Positions 11,582 to 32,714 of a DNA stretch of 64,000 nucleotides are shown here, one piece after another. The position numbers and the translations under genes are program-made. The first letter of the stretch is position 1. Each line of letters starts with the position of its first letter. The notes under the pieces were generated by a model, which saw only the letters and a program-made list of their open reading frames with translations, did no database searches and had not been told where the DNA came from. Origin of the DNA: Trichoplax adhaerens (lineage: Eukaryota; Animalia; Placozoa). Where the stretch lies: assembly GCF_000150275.1 (NCBI RefSeq), contig NW_002060950.1:1662106-1726105 (forward strand), written 5' to 3'.

Positions 11582-14209
11582 TCACGTTTGCTCTTTCAAC
11601 CAAGTAGGAATGGCTAGCGAACGCGATTCTAATACTTCCTTTAACTTAATGTTGTACGGTCTGTAAAAATTTCTTAGGTACATCTCAGAATCCTTGTCCA
11701 TAGGTGGATACTTGCGACCTTTACTTCGACCAAGGCATTTATTACGTCCTCTCTCTCTCTTGACGCAGTAATAACCCTTTCTCTGATCAAATTGGAGCTT
11801 CATAGAGTAATCCAATATATCATTGACCTTTAATTTAATTTGAAGATCAGCCATTACTTGTATAGGATCGTCGATTAGTTGTTTACCATCTACAATTATA
11901 ACATGAGACGGATGATAATAATCTAACCACCTTTCTAAATGGATAACATATTTTCCAGGTCTAATGCAGCGATCCTGTAATTGCTTAATAAGTCGATCTT
12001 GTTTCTTGTTAGTAATAACATCATAGAATGAATAATTTAATGCTGCTGGGTGAGAATGATTTTTCATATGCTGATACCATGAATAGGCACGCTTAACAGG
12101 ATCTGATAAAATAATGATAACGTCAACATCAGGCAGAAGAGCATTCATACGTTTTGGGATTAAAGCTCGATCATAGTAGGTTGCACTTTTTTCAAAGTAT
12201 CTGATTGATTGCTCAACCAGTGAGCTCTCAATAGGAGGGAAAAATTCCATATACCATTTTAAACCTTTGCGATAATTATTATCATTAAAAAATTGAACTT
12301 CTTCGAAAGTTCTTTTACTCGCTTTATTCGGTTTAAATTTTGGGTGAAGCGATAAATATAAGGAAAGCGCCGTAGTGCCGGTCTTTTGTGGCCCAACTAT
12401 AATCATACTTGGCAACTGTTTACATCCTTGAACAAACGGCCAGATAGCTTTATGTCTTTTATCAGTGCATGGATTTAGCCAAAGTGGGTCTTTCTCATCT
12501 GGATACAATCGAAAATACGATTGACCTAGTTCCGATGGTGGTGCTGAGCTCAATTTGATATTTGTCCACCTTTTCAAAAAATCAATAGCATGAACGAAAG
12601 TGTAGATTGCCATACGATCATTGGCATAATTGGGCATATGAGTCATAAATATGCAAATAATATTATCAGTTAATGTACGAAATAATTCTCCACCAAATAT
12701 GCTTTGATTCAAACGTTTAATACCGCCTGGATATGTCTTAAAATGTAAAGTTTTCGTAAATAATCCACATGTCTGTCGAGGTAGAACTTGAATGTTTTTA
12801 TGAATAAAGCCTTTCCTTTTATGAGCTGGATTTAGATGATGGTATTCCTCAGTCGTAGTTACCGTAATATTCCAAACTCTTTTCCACGCATTATAAAGTG
12901 GCTCATAAGCGGGGTATATGCCTGAATGATGGGGAGATACAGAGTAGCCAGGTACAATAGGTAAATTCGATCTAGTAGCGAAATTTCGACTGCGCTCCAT
13001 ATCTGCAATCAACAATTCCGTTGTCTGAAAAAGATGAGGTTTTGTATGCTTCCACATATGGCAAAACCACCAAAATTTGCTGGCGTTGCTTATTAAGGCT
13101 ATATCGCCTCGATTTTCTGTGGGTAGACCCTTCATGAAATAATGGCCTGAAAAGCCCAACATAAATTTAAAATTGTCGACATTCTTTCGAATCATTTCTT
13201 GGCCTTTTAACATTGCATTCACATCTTCGTCGGTCATTCGTATACCTTTCTTACCAACAAAGACATCATCGACATCGACTTGTAACCACCTGCTTAATTG
13301 TCGTTGAAAAACACCATTAGATAAATAAGCGATAGCATCAAGGAATAACAATCTGATAAGCCAAAAATCGATACAATTGCCAAAGAAAACTCGTTTAATA
13401 TTATCATCTTTTCCATCATCCAGTAATCCACCAACATATTGTTGGCCATTCTTACTGTTAATATATAAGATAGGCTGCATATGAGTATAATTGTTGAAGA
13501 CAGTCCAAGGTCGATTTGGCAAGTTGTGTGTTACATTACCACCATCACGTGTTAATCGTAATATTGGATTTGGGCTTTTAATTCGAACACTTGCGACATC
13601 AGGAAGAAATTGATTACTTGATAATATTGGTATGTTAGTATGATGAACTGATTCATTATTAGCAAATACCAAAATACCAACACGTTTTTGTTCTTTGCAA
13701 TAAGTAGTGACAGCTAATTTATTACGTTGGCTAAGGTTTACATAATATTTTAGGCTGTCAAATATAATCAATTTGAAATGACGTCGATTTAATAAATATT
13801 GTGGTAAATTATCACCAACTGTAATAGAATAATCCAATTTGTTAGCTTCAATAGCAGTTGCGATCCCTTTAGCAAATGAATTAAGTTTATTTCGACGTGA
13901 GATAATTAAAATTTTAACCTTTTTAGTTGAACGCTGTTTGCGACTATCAGACGATGATAGCAATAACAATTGTAGTGGATTCTTTCTGGCTATACCATCA
14001 CTAATGAGTGGTAGCCGATGATTATATCTATATTTGGGTGAAGTTTGCCGTAAAATACTACCATTTACAATCCAATAATTATTATCATCATTTAATTTCC
14101 ATTTATAAGCATTGATATCGTTCGTTATTGCTAGAAAGACCGTCAATGAGATATAGCTCAAAACCAAACCTGATATAATGAGACGATGCGGACTGCAAGT
14201 TTTCGTCAT
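11582..14209 (-). CDS. NDST: Bifunctional heparan sulfate N-deacetylase/N-sulfotransferase, single coding exon
   Basis: Uninterrupted ORF with first ATG at 14209. It has an N-terminal type II membrane anchor, deacetylase motifs DVDDVFVG and HMWKH, the PAPS-binding loop IVGPQKTGTTAL, and FEKSATYY, RAYSWYQH and CLGRSKGRKYPPM. Confidence 0.97.
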   Translation of the reverse strand: MTKTCSPHRLIISGLVLSYISLTVFLAITNDINAYKWKLNDDNNYWIVNGSILRQTSPKYRYNHRLPLISDGIARKNPLQLLLLSSSDSRKQRSTKKVKILIISRRNKLNSFAKGIATAIEANKLDYSITVGDNLPQYLLNRRHFKLIIFDSLKYYVNLSQRNKLAVTTYCKEQKRVGILVFANNESVHHTNIPILSSNQFLPDVASVRIKSPNPILRLTRDGGNVTHNLPNRPWTVFNNYTHMQPILYINSKNGQQYVGGLLDDGKDDNIKRVFFGNCIDFWLIRLLFLDAIAYLSNGVFQRQLSRWLQVDVDDVFVGKKGIRMTDEDVNAMLKGQEMIRKNVDNFKFMLGFSGHYFMKGLPTENRGDIALISNASKFWWFCHMWKHTKPHLFQTTELLIADMERSRNFATRSNLPIVPGYSVSPHHSGIYPAYEPLYNAWKRVWNITVTTTEEYHHLNPAHKRKGFIHKNIQVLPRQTCGLFTKTLHFKTYPGGIKRLNQSIFGGELFRTLTDNIICIFMTHMPNYANDRMAIYTFVHAIDFLKRWTNIKLSSAPPSELGQSYFRLYPDEKDPLWLNPCTDKRHKAIWPFVQGCKQLPSMIIVGPQKTGTTALSLYLSLHPKFKPNKASKRTFEEVQFFNDNNYRKGLKWYMEFFPPIESSLVEQSIRYFEKSATYYDRALIPKRMNALLPDVDVIIILSDPVKRAYSWYQHMKNHSHPAALNYSFYDVITNKKQDRLIKQLQDRCIRPGKYVIHLERWLDYYHPSHVIIVDGKQLIDDPIQVMADLQIKLKVNDILDYSMKLQFDQRKGYYCVKRERGRNKCLGRSKGRKYPPMDKDSEMYLRNFYRPYNIKLKEVLESRSLAIPTWLKEQT

Positions 14210-14848
14210 GGCCAAAGAATAAGAATATTTACAGTTTGCTAGAGATTAGGTAATACGTAGACGAGTATAGTAGTGGAATATTCAAGAATTCCCACTGCAC
14301 AGTGTACAGTACTACTTGTAGACAGTTTGTTATGCTCGCTATAGGTAAACGGTACTAGTACAGTACGTCTGCTCAACAATTTCTTGCTCAATCTTGTGAA
14401 ACGCCAAATCCAATTGATTTGAAACTTGTCGTTACCTCGCAACCGTGATTACCTACGGGGACAAATGTCATGATGATTGCATTCAAATGAAAAGCATCTT
14501 ATGCAGTAGCTGATATTACTGTACATAGGCCACGACGAGGTAATTGCTAGCGAGCTATTCGGTTATCCGATTCTCGAAATAAAAACTCCAAATCATCCTT
14601 GATAATAATTAATGCGAATACAGTACAGTCATTGTAAGAAGAAAGTTTCAATCAATTTAATCCTGAAGTGAGTACGATTTCTAGTTAGTCAAGAATTGAC
14701 GAATTAATTATCCATTTTATAAGCTATGGATCAAGCATAAACAGATATCAAGACCAAACTACTGTACCTGATTTGCAGTTTAAATCGCAAGAATCCTATT
14801 CAAAGTGAACTACTGGGTAAAGCTAAGTGTGAACAACAAGAGTTATAC

Positions 14849-15125
14849 TAGTACAGTACAGTACTGTACAGTACTCATTAATGTACAGTATACTGTAGTA
14901 CAAGGTACTGTACACTTGTAAAGTACTGTACAGTATGCAATACGACATACAGTACGCATGAGTGTTTGATTTTACAGTATAATACTGTGTACAGTACAGT
15001 ACAGTACAATTACAGTACTGTACAGTACTGTACTGTACTGCACTGGTACGCTACTGTACAGTACGGTGTATCATTACAGTACAGTGCACTGTACTGTATG
15101 CATAGTACTGTACTCTAGTCAGTAC
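14849..15125. repeat. TACAG/CTGTA pentamer-based palindromic low-complexity cluster in the NDST/NMNAT divergent interval
   Basis: Dense runs such as tacagtacagtacagtacaattacagtactgtacagtactgtactgtactg. Confidence 0.9.
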
Positions 15126-15310
15126 ACGTTTTGGACATCGCTATCGAAAGTAAAGAAACTCAAAACGAGATTACTCCTAGTCCCTAGGTCACTTTACAGT
15201 TCCGCAGTTGCGATCTTAGTGCCAGCTACCAATCATTTTACCGTTAATAAAGAGTTGTTATTATAAGAAGGGAGCTGGAGAAGCTTTTTAACTTTAGTCA
15301 ACTGTAGTAA

Positions 15311-18800
<3,490 letters not shown>

Positions 18801-21166
18801 ATTAATGGATGATAAAATTTATACAGAAGTGTTTTCTCTTGACAAATTTTATAGTCTATCTGTAATTTTAAAATTACAATCATTCAGATGTGATTTTGGG
18901 GGCAGATTAATTTTATTAAATTCGTACGTTTATCGACCTGTAATGCGCTATCTTTATATCATAATTCACTTGTAGACCAAAAGTTATCTTACTGTTAATA
19001 AATCTTTTGTCAAGATAACGCGTGTCGGTTATTATTTGCCAATATGATATTTGTAATGAACAGTTTGCCGTGCTACTGTTAGTAAGTGCAGTATGCATTA
19101 TGACTGCCGATTGTTTGTTAAACCCATCTTTGCCACTTCAATTACTCTATATAGCGACATCAACGTATATACTGTACAGTGTACAGTAGGGAGATTCTTG
19201 ACCTTGAAAACTATTTCGTGTATTTCACTGATATACAGTATGGTATTGATATGTATGTTGTACGCGTTCTGTAGTAGAAGCACAATTACACCCATGATGA
19301 TAGTATTTGCATTGAAATTTAAAACCTTAGAATATTACGCCAATTTTCAAAGTCTAGAATTTGAATTACGACAGTGGAGCTAGTTTGACCGTTAAAAAGA
19401 GAAGATTAATTAATTAATGAATGAATTATGCTGGATATATCTATTAACTGTAGTACTGTACTGTATATTGCCTTTAAGTGAGTATTATACGGCATAGGGT
19501 ACACTCTACAGACACAGTCACTGTTTAAAGATCGCTGGCAAAAATCGAATAATTTTGAGTGCATTATTGCATCAGAGTTGAATGTCACTCCGGGGTGTTT
19601 TATGACGAAATACAACTGCTGAATGCCGTCTTACCATTACAGCATGATTACAGTATCAAGTCTAAAACTAATAATTACTTTTACCTGTACTGTATACGCC
19701 AATTTTTTTTTTTTATACAGTTCTGTACAGGACTTCTAGCAAATGTTATATCAAAAACTACTAGAAAGAAAATCTACGTACTGTATTATAGAAAGTGCTG
19801 TACAGTATAGGACAGCACTAATATTAGTCTACCGTACAGTATTCCAGGTGTCTGTCAAAAAATCTGGCGTAACTTTCACTTGCTGTTAATCAGTATTTAC
19901 TTTTTAAGATCACTGGTTGATGCTTTTCAAAGTGACAAAATACTTTGATGCACACTGTATACAGTAAGACTCCTAGAATAATGTATCATCGTTTAAGCTA
20001 TTTACGCTGAGTATCTGAGTAATCGGAGTTATTATGGCAGGGCCTACTGTACAGCATACGGTACGAACAGCGTACTGTATTGTAATTTTATAGTATACTG
20101 TACCAGTGTACTGTACTGTAGTGTCAGACTGTCGTTAACATTAATTAACATGAATTACTGTACAGTACACTAGCGGTCTGTTTACTGGAATACTGTACAC
20201 CGCAATAACGTTTGTACTCTACAGTACTATGCAGTACAGTACAATATTAGCTTCATCAGCATTTCGAAAGCACTTGCATCAGTTCCGTAATGGCAGCAAT
20301 TCAATGCAATCAATAAATTCAAGTCATTTTCTCAATAATAGCGACAACAATTTCAGTCTTTCCGTTTTCGATATAAACTCTTTCCTGAGTTGTGATGGCT
20401 TCATGAAGCCAAAAAATGGATGACACCACAACTGACTGCTGTTGTGATGTCTGTTTTTCACAGTACAGTACAGTAGGTACTTATGTGCTTCCCGTACTGC
20501 GTGTACATACAATCATAGTTAGAATTAGAAATAATAAAATACATCTCAGTAACTACAGTTAACAGAAACGTTAATCTTAATCATTGAATCAATCAAAATA
20601 CCATGATTATATAGAGAATGTTACAAAGTATGAAAAGTCTGTAACCGAAAATGAAGAATATCCCACGTAACGCGAGAGAAAAAATTTAGAATTATTTAGA
20701 TGTAACCATAGAGTTGTTTTGTTTTGTAAACTCTATGAATGTAACAGCTTTTAAATCAGAATTCAAACATAATGATGCGTGGCATCGTATTAAAATATAA
20801 AATACGAAATATAATCTTTGAGAGTTCGGAAATGGAATCATTCAGAAACTAACAACAGATATTTGGAGATAAAATATGACAAATAATTATCTTTTAGAAA
20901 TAGACAATTATAATTATACTGTACAGTACAGTAGAGCAGCAGTAAATTCACCCGTCAGCACTTTTTAGGCGTTGCGAGTTGTCATTGTACAATGGTGACA
21001 ATATAATTCATAAGAGAGTGCTGCTGACTCCAGCATAGCAGTAATCTGCAATCTGTACATTTCTAGTACATCATGATGATAAATTGGTTGATACAGTCAG
21101 GCATAAAATGTTCTGCATCGTATTCTTACGATACTAACATACAGAAGAGCAATATATTTATAGTTG

Positions 21167-21391
21167 CTAAATTTTCAGAATATGCCGAAGATGTTGGGTT
21201 GATTTACTTGTCACCCAATGAGGCGGTGGCAAAGGTAACACATTGGCAGCCGGTGGTTCCATTTCTTTCGGACCAGCGTATAAGATGCTATTTCGGGTTG
21301 GTACCTTAGCGCCAGCAAATCTTGAGTAATTGCCGTTCTTTATTTGGCCGGATTTGGGGCCCACTATTCTTTGGTTTGATAGTTTTTCCAT
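21167..21391 (-). CDS. PNRC: PNRC-like (proline-rich nuclear receptor coactivator / Edc1-type decapping activator) microprotein, 74 aa, single coding exon
   Basis: The C-terminal half YAGPKEMEPPAANVLPLPPPHWVTSKSTQHLRHILKI* aligns by eye with the PNRC2 signature [23 protein letters not shown]...TFQLKTLLKV. The ORF is GC-richer than its flanks. Confidence 0.82.
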   Translation of the reverse strand: MEKLSNQRIVGPKSGQIKNGNYSRFAGAKVPTRNSILYAGPKEMEPPAANVLPLPPPHWVTSKSTQHLRHILKI

Positions 21392-21639
21392 TCCGTTTAC
21401 AAGAATTTGTCACTCTTACAGTAAGTAGAAGATTTTCGGATAACCATCAAAAAATTCTAGATCATCCAGATGAAAAGTGATGATCTACAAAATCACTAAA
21501 GTCTTCAATTAATTTACTGTTAATAATGTATAAAATGAAACTGCAGCTAAAGAAATTTTTGTCAAATACAAAAAAATAACAGTGAATATTCCGGTGATAG
21601 CCAACAACGCTAATTAAAAATGAGAAAAAAGCGTAACGA

Positions 21640-22940
21640 TGCAGTACGTGATAGTCTACGGCACTGAGTCAATTTTATTTACACGGTACCGTACAGTGTA
21701 TAGTACAGTAAAGTACATACTGTACACTGTACAGTATCGGTGTCATGATCTTGTCATTCTCGAGTACAGTACTGTACAGTACAGTACTGGATCAATTTTC
21801 GTGTACAGTACTGTACTGTAATGTACTGTAGGTCCACGAAGATTAATCCAGAAAAAAAACAAACAAACAACAAAAAAAAAAATAGTAGCCGTATGCACAA
21901 TTGCACATACAGTACACTGTACAGTACAGTACGGCATACGAAACAGTGCTTGAATGAAACAACATGGTACCTTTTTACATACGATAGACTGCTACTCCAA
22001 CAGTACAGTACCGCATACTGTACTTACTGTATTAGACTGTCCTGCCATCATGGAAATACGGTGGAAAATTCATTTTCTTCTTTTACAGCAAGCTGAAGGG
22101 GTAGAAAGAAAGAGATACCGTACCAATTATGATCTTTTTTATTTTTTTTTTCATTGATTCAGTGTTTGCATACGCGTGTACGATACGGTACTGTAGTGTT
22201 CTGTACCGTAAATGCATTCAGTCATAGTCGAATGAGATTTGAGTCGATCAATCAATCCATCACTCCACACTGTCAAAGTGTACAGTACGGCACTGTACTG
22301 TACGCGTACTGTACAGTACAGTACAGTACACTGTATTATACAGTGTCTAGTACTGTAGTATTCTGTACCGTAAATGCATTCAGTCATAGTCGAATGAGAT
22401 TTTGAGTCGATCAATCAATCCGTCACTCCATACTGTCAAAGTGTACGGCACTGCTCGCGTATGTTTCCATTATTGAACATAAGAACATACAGTAAGTACA
22501 CTGTATTATCCAGTGTCTAGTACAGCACACAAGATACTGCAAGACTAGGTGAATCTGATCGGAAAAAAGTGCTTCTGCCGTGTCTCCAACCATGCACTAT
22601 GCAGTAGCTGTTCACACATGTTTCGTGTGCGGCAGTATGCTAAGTATACAGTAGATGGTTATAGTTGCTAGTTCCCACCAGGCGTCTACAAGTACTGTAC
22701 AGTACTGTACGGTATAGCAGTATTTCTGAAACTTCGAAATCACTGTACTGTACTGTACGTACAGTGTAGAGTGTACAGTACACGGTCGCCTGATGAATAC
22801 AGTACATACTGTACACTGTACTGTATTGTTCTAACAAAATAATGTAAATTAATTCATCAAAGGCTGGATGCGGCGCTGTACTGTACTGTAGTTTATCAGT
22901 ACTGGTACTGTACGCTACGCTGCACACAAGTACTGTATGC
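21640..22940. repeat. TACAG/CTGTA cluster between the divergent PNRC and RNF38-like genes, containing a ~105-bp direct duplication (~22189-22295 and ~22351-22453)
   Basis: Repeated tacagtactgta/tactgtacagta. ttctgtaccgtaaatgcattcagtcatagtcgaatgagattt...gtcgatcaatcaatcc is present twice. Confidence 0.9.
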
Positions 22941-24288
22941 AGGGTAGTTGCTTTGTCAAGAATAGAAATGATTAAACAGACAAACATGTTGTGACGTCAG
23001 AGACAATACGGACTTCAACAATAAGGCACAAAAGACGAGGCAGAGGAAAAAGAATCCCGCACTTCTTCTACTATTGTATAGTAAGGTAGGGAAATTGTCA
23101 TTTTTATACAGCCGTTCTCAACGCTTATAATCCTAACAATTCATTTCCACGGCTCTTGTTCCTAACATACCTGTGTACGGCTACTGTGCCTGTGAAGTAA
23201 AATTTTCCAATCCTCTGAAAAGTTGGCTTCTCAGTTGGCAGCAGTCTTTCATCTTGGCAGAAACTCAGTAATGATAACTATTTCTGGAAAAATATAATCT
23301 ATGCTGCAGTTCCGCAAGTTCTCAACGTCTACTTAGAATATCGGTAAGAAATCCACAGGGTTCACTTATGCCGTAATTGATTAAACGAACACTGCATATA
23401 TAAACACTTTATACGACGTTCGCCAACATTTTATTACAGGATGAGGTTAGTTTAGTCTTGCGACTTCTAGGACTTTTAGAATCAAGACCAGCAAGCAAAT
23501 GTTGAGCACTATTTGTCCCATGGAGTTGTACTATCCAATATACTCATACAATGATACTTTTGATATTTGTAAAATGTTCGGCAGATTATTATTCAACTTT
23601 AGTAAATATACCAATAAGTTCTTCTGTAATGCACGTACGTAGAGGCAGTATGATGGTCGTCCACATTGACACATTTGTGAATGCGTATAGGTTGAAGGAA
23701 TATAAAATTGAATTCAATACTTGACAGTGCATCCATAGCAAGAAGATTTTACGTACATCGTTATTTACCTATATAATTCTCTGCAACACGGGTCCTGTTA
23801 CTGTATACAGTAAGCGTATAGTAATAGATGTTCAATGTTCAATTTTGAAGATTCCATGTTTCCAATCTTACAGCAGAGACGGTCCTCGTTTGTTGTACCC
23901 TACTGTAAATTTACTAAGTATTCGATGTGTATAGTACACTTTGCTGTACGTACAATACACTACTTTTTTTTTAGCGTAACTTAGTGTTAGTTCAAGAGCG
24001 TGCTCACTAACAAGTCTAGCCTAATTTCTATTTTTATGGCATTGCTTTTCAATTTCTCAATGAAGTGTTTCGTAATCGAAATGCACTGATTACTGTACAA
24101 CTTTTAGAAATAAATTATTACAGAGATGTACTCGCTACGCCAACACGCAGCTTACAACTGTAAATCTTTCAATTTTAGAGCGCTACTGGACTTTTATTAG
24201 CTCCTCTCTTTCAACGGCAAGATAGCAAATCAAGCGTTTCGTCCATCGTAAATAACATAATCCAATACGACGTAACTCGAACACCAAT

Positions 24289-29282
<4,994 letters not shown>

Positions 29283-30659
29283 TTCTCATGTCTTTATCAA
29301 GAGTCATTACTATATCGATATAATATTCCCTGCAGTACTTCTGTACAGATTTAATTTACGGCGTTTATCTCTGTGGTACATACAGTACTAGTATATTCTA
29401 CATATATATACATAGATGTATACGTACGAATATACCATGCTACAAATTGTATTCAAAAGCCGTAATGTAATTATTTTATAATGTTTACTTTTGAAGCTTT
29501 GCCATTAAATTATATAGGTCATAATAATTTATAGATATGATATATAAAAATATATACGTACAATATATATGTGATACTGTAAAGTTATATAAATATATGA
29601 AATACGTCTACACTGAACTGTAATATCGCAGTATGTATCATAATCACATAGACACTAGGATTGTATTATTAAAGTGAAATTAAATTTCCTTACAGTTAGT
29701 AATTTGTTAGGACCTATCTTTAATATCAGTTAAGGATACCATAACCAATGGCAATTTAGATAATATTACTTTTCAAGATCATCTATTTCTTCGTGTTATG
29801 TATAATTGTAATGAATGAAACTTTTTGAAATCGTGCACTCTTATCAGAGATGATAATTATATCACTTCTTCACTAAAAAATTTCACAAATATCGCACAGA
29901 AAGCATATTTACTGTACAGCATACTCACTACTATAATTAATCTGATGGAGATCTTAAGGTTCACTTACATTTGTATAAATGTTGACTGTGCTATCTTTTA
30001 CCTACGGTATTAGCTATTTTAAAATTGCATTTCAAATTTTCACCCTTTTAAAAATTAATATGGTCACAATCGATTAAAATAAAGGTACAAATGGTTAACA
30101 TGGAATTAGATCGTATTGCAGTATATGAGTACGCGTACATGCATAATCCGATTGCAAGAAGTATCGCCCATACTGTTTACAACTGTAGTAGGACGTGCAT
30201 ATTACTAAAATTAATCAATTCAATTGAATTGGTAAGTTTACTTATAATTATTATGATCAGTTAGTAGGTGTATCTAGTGGTGTGCTAACAGTCAGACAGA
30301 CTATGCAGACCGAAAAAGTAGTATTACCTAGATACGTGTAAAATAATTTTTATTTATTTTATCCAGCTCACTAGACAAGAAAAAGTATAAGTACCAACGC
30401 GGATTTGTTATATCTGGTATAAACTTCATCACTAAGCGTTCGCTCTCACTTTCATTCAAGTTGTCCGATTATACAGTAATTATTATTATTATTACTATTA
30501 ATTAATTAATTGTAAAATGATGTTGCATAGTAGCATACACACTTTAACAACCCCAGGTTCTCGTACTAGTACTTGTGCATTGCTTATTAAATGCTTTCCT
30601 TCTTACTTAAATAATAAATACAGTATATAATAATGATGCATATTTATGGGTGGTAATAT

Positions 30660-31392
30660 ACAGTACTGTACGGTATACGTAATGTACTGTACACTGTACA
30701 GTATACAGTACACGCACTGCACCGTAAGTACAGTACAGTACAGTAACTTGTTTTGCTACAAAACATAGCAAACAAGCACGTAACGCGTACGTACAGTACA
30801 GTACTATACTGTACGGTACTGGTACGCTGAATTGAATAGCCCTGTATTGTACTGTACTGTACAGTACTGTAGTGAGACGTAATGGTATGCATGACGTCTT
30901 TTATATTTTCATTTTTTGAAATCTTCGAAGCTAATTCGCCTATTTTGTTGTGACGCAAACATTACAGTACTGTACTCCTGCAGTATCGTATTGTATAGAG
31001 TACTATACTGTACAGTACAGTACAGTATGTTACAGTTCAACAAAGGCGACGTTGTGTACTGTACTGTACTGTACTGTACTGTACAGTACTGTACTACAAA
31101 TTTTACAATGTATTGTACTGTACATTCGCGGGCAGCGGATGGGGCATCATCGCAGTACGCATCCTCGCATTTCTTCATTGCATTGTATTGGCTACTTTGA
31201 AATTAACCCGCGACCGCGGGCTACTGCACCCCCTTGTTATTTCTTACAATTACTGTACTGTACAGTTTTGATACTGACATCACATTGTACAGTATTATAA
31301 TTGCGTAACATACTGTACTTTCACTGTACAGTACACTGTACAGTACTATACAGTACTGTCTGTATGTACTGTACAGTGTACAGTGTACAGTA
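30660..31392. repeat. TACAG/CTGTA cluster upstream of CDC25
   Basis: (ACTGT)n run at ~31058-31093 and many TACAGTACTGTA palindromes. Confidence 0.9.
31120..31225 (+). promoter_or_regulatory. Candidate cell-cycle promoter module upstream of CDC25 (E2F-like, inverted CCAAT, CHR-like)
   Basis: A local GC/CpG-rich patch with ttcgcggg (~31125), ATTGG (31187-31191), TTTGAA (31196-31201) and cccgcga (~31207). Motif match only. Confidence 0.3.
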
Positions 31393-32714
31393 GGTTAATG
31401 AATTGTTAGTGTAATATAACATTTCCGATTTTCACTGCTTAACTAATAACGTCCCAATTTTTCATCTAGAGTGTACAGTACCAGTTGTCACAGTCGGTAG
31501 TCCAGGCCAAGTGTGCATTCATTCGGATGTCAGCGCCACTCTGTCAGTGCATCTTGTAAAGGAAAGATTGGAGCAGTTGAGTTCAATGCTCTAGTTTTTG
31601 TGATTTTAAATAATTAGCCTAAGGGAGATCGAAGTAAAATTGCATACTATTCTACAACAACGTTACAAGATTTCGGCATTACTACCTTCTTACTGCATTG
31701 CCGTGGAAACAAGAATAAAATCAGAAAATCATTAACCTTCGTTGCACAAAATTCAGGTCAGTACACGAACCGGTAAAACTGCTTAATATCACTAGCAGCG
31801 AGTATCCAATGCTGTCACAATGGTGTATCTGTTATAAACTGGATACTTTACAATACTGTACTGTATTGTGGTACTGCATGTAATGTACTGTACTACTAAC
31901 GCAGCAATATCCATACATTTCAATGCACATACTTTGTTCACGTTTAATGCTATCCTTGTACTAATGACTATATAACCGATTTCTTGACACTGGCAGAATT
32001 AACAAATTTTATCCTTTCTTCGCTTTTCCTGAGGCTTACAAATTCAATAACAGGTAAAGGTAAATTTCATGCTCGAAATATTTCTAGATGGTCGACTTCA
32101 TTTTTTTTTTAATTAATGGCACTTTTTCGTCTTGCACGATGGTACATTAGCATTCATCCCTCCTCGTAACTGAAGATTGTAACTTCGTTAAATCTTCATA
32201 CATGTGCTTATCTTGACCTAAAATTTTATTTGAATACACCGTCATATCGCATAGAAGTTCGTATAGTAGTTTACAATATTTGGCCAGTACAACCATCAAA
32301 AAATGAATTTCGAATGAAATTTGGTATCATAAATCAATTTAGTGCAACACGTTTTGCTGCTTACTACAGTATAGTATATAAAGTAGACAGATGGAATTGA
32401 TGTATTCATGGAAGCTCACACTGTTACTCAGTAAAGGATGACTGTATGCCCTTTGGAAAAATTGAAGCTGTTGATTGATTGATACATGAATATAGTTGCC
32501 AATTTTTTAAATGAAATTTTATCTTCGGTAACTGGAGAATACAGTACTGTAACTGCTACAGTATAGCAATCGTTATCATTTATGAATTTTCAAATGATTG
32601 ATCAATGGTTATCTCAAAAGCTAGCATAGAGAAATGTCTAATAGACTGTACAGTAGGTAGAAATTGGTAAACATGCGGTACTGATACTATCACTATTCTA
32701 ACCATAGATTCAGC

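Noticed and set aside
20229-20512. Overlapping ORFs with a vaguely helical protein-like segment (HPFFGFMKPSQLRKEFISKTERLKLL)
   Set aside because: Interrupted by stops, flanked by TACAG tracts, no convincing splice partners or family motif.
21639-22987. Short ORFs rich in YSTV/YCTV/VQYS (also 15066, 25716, 30644-31300)
   Set aside because: They are translations of the TACAG/CTGTA repeat, which lacks stops in several frames; no protein-like content.
23440-23445. Possible ATG-containing micro-exon upstream of the RNF38-like gene
   Set aside because: Splicing to the acceptor at ~24179 hits a stop within a few codons; at most a uORF, unsupported without transcripts.
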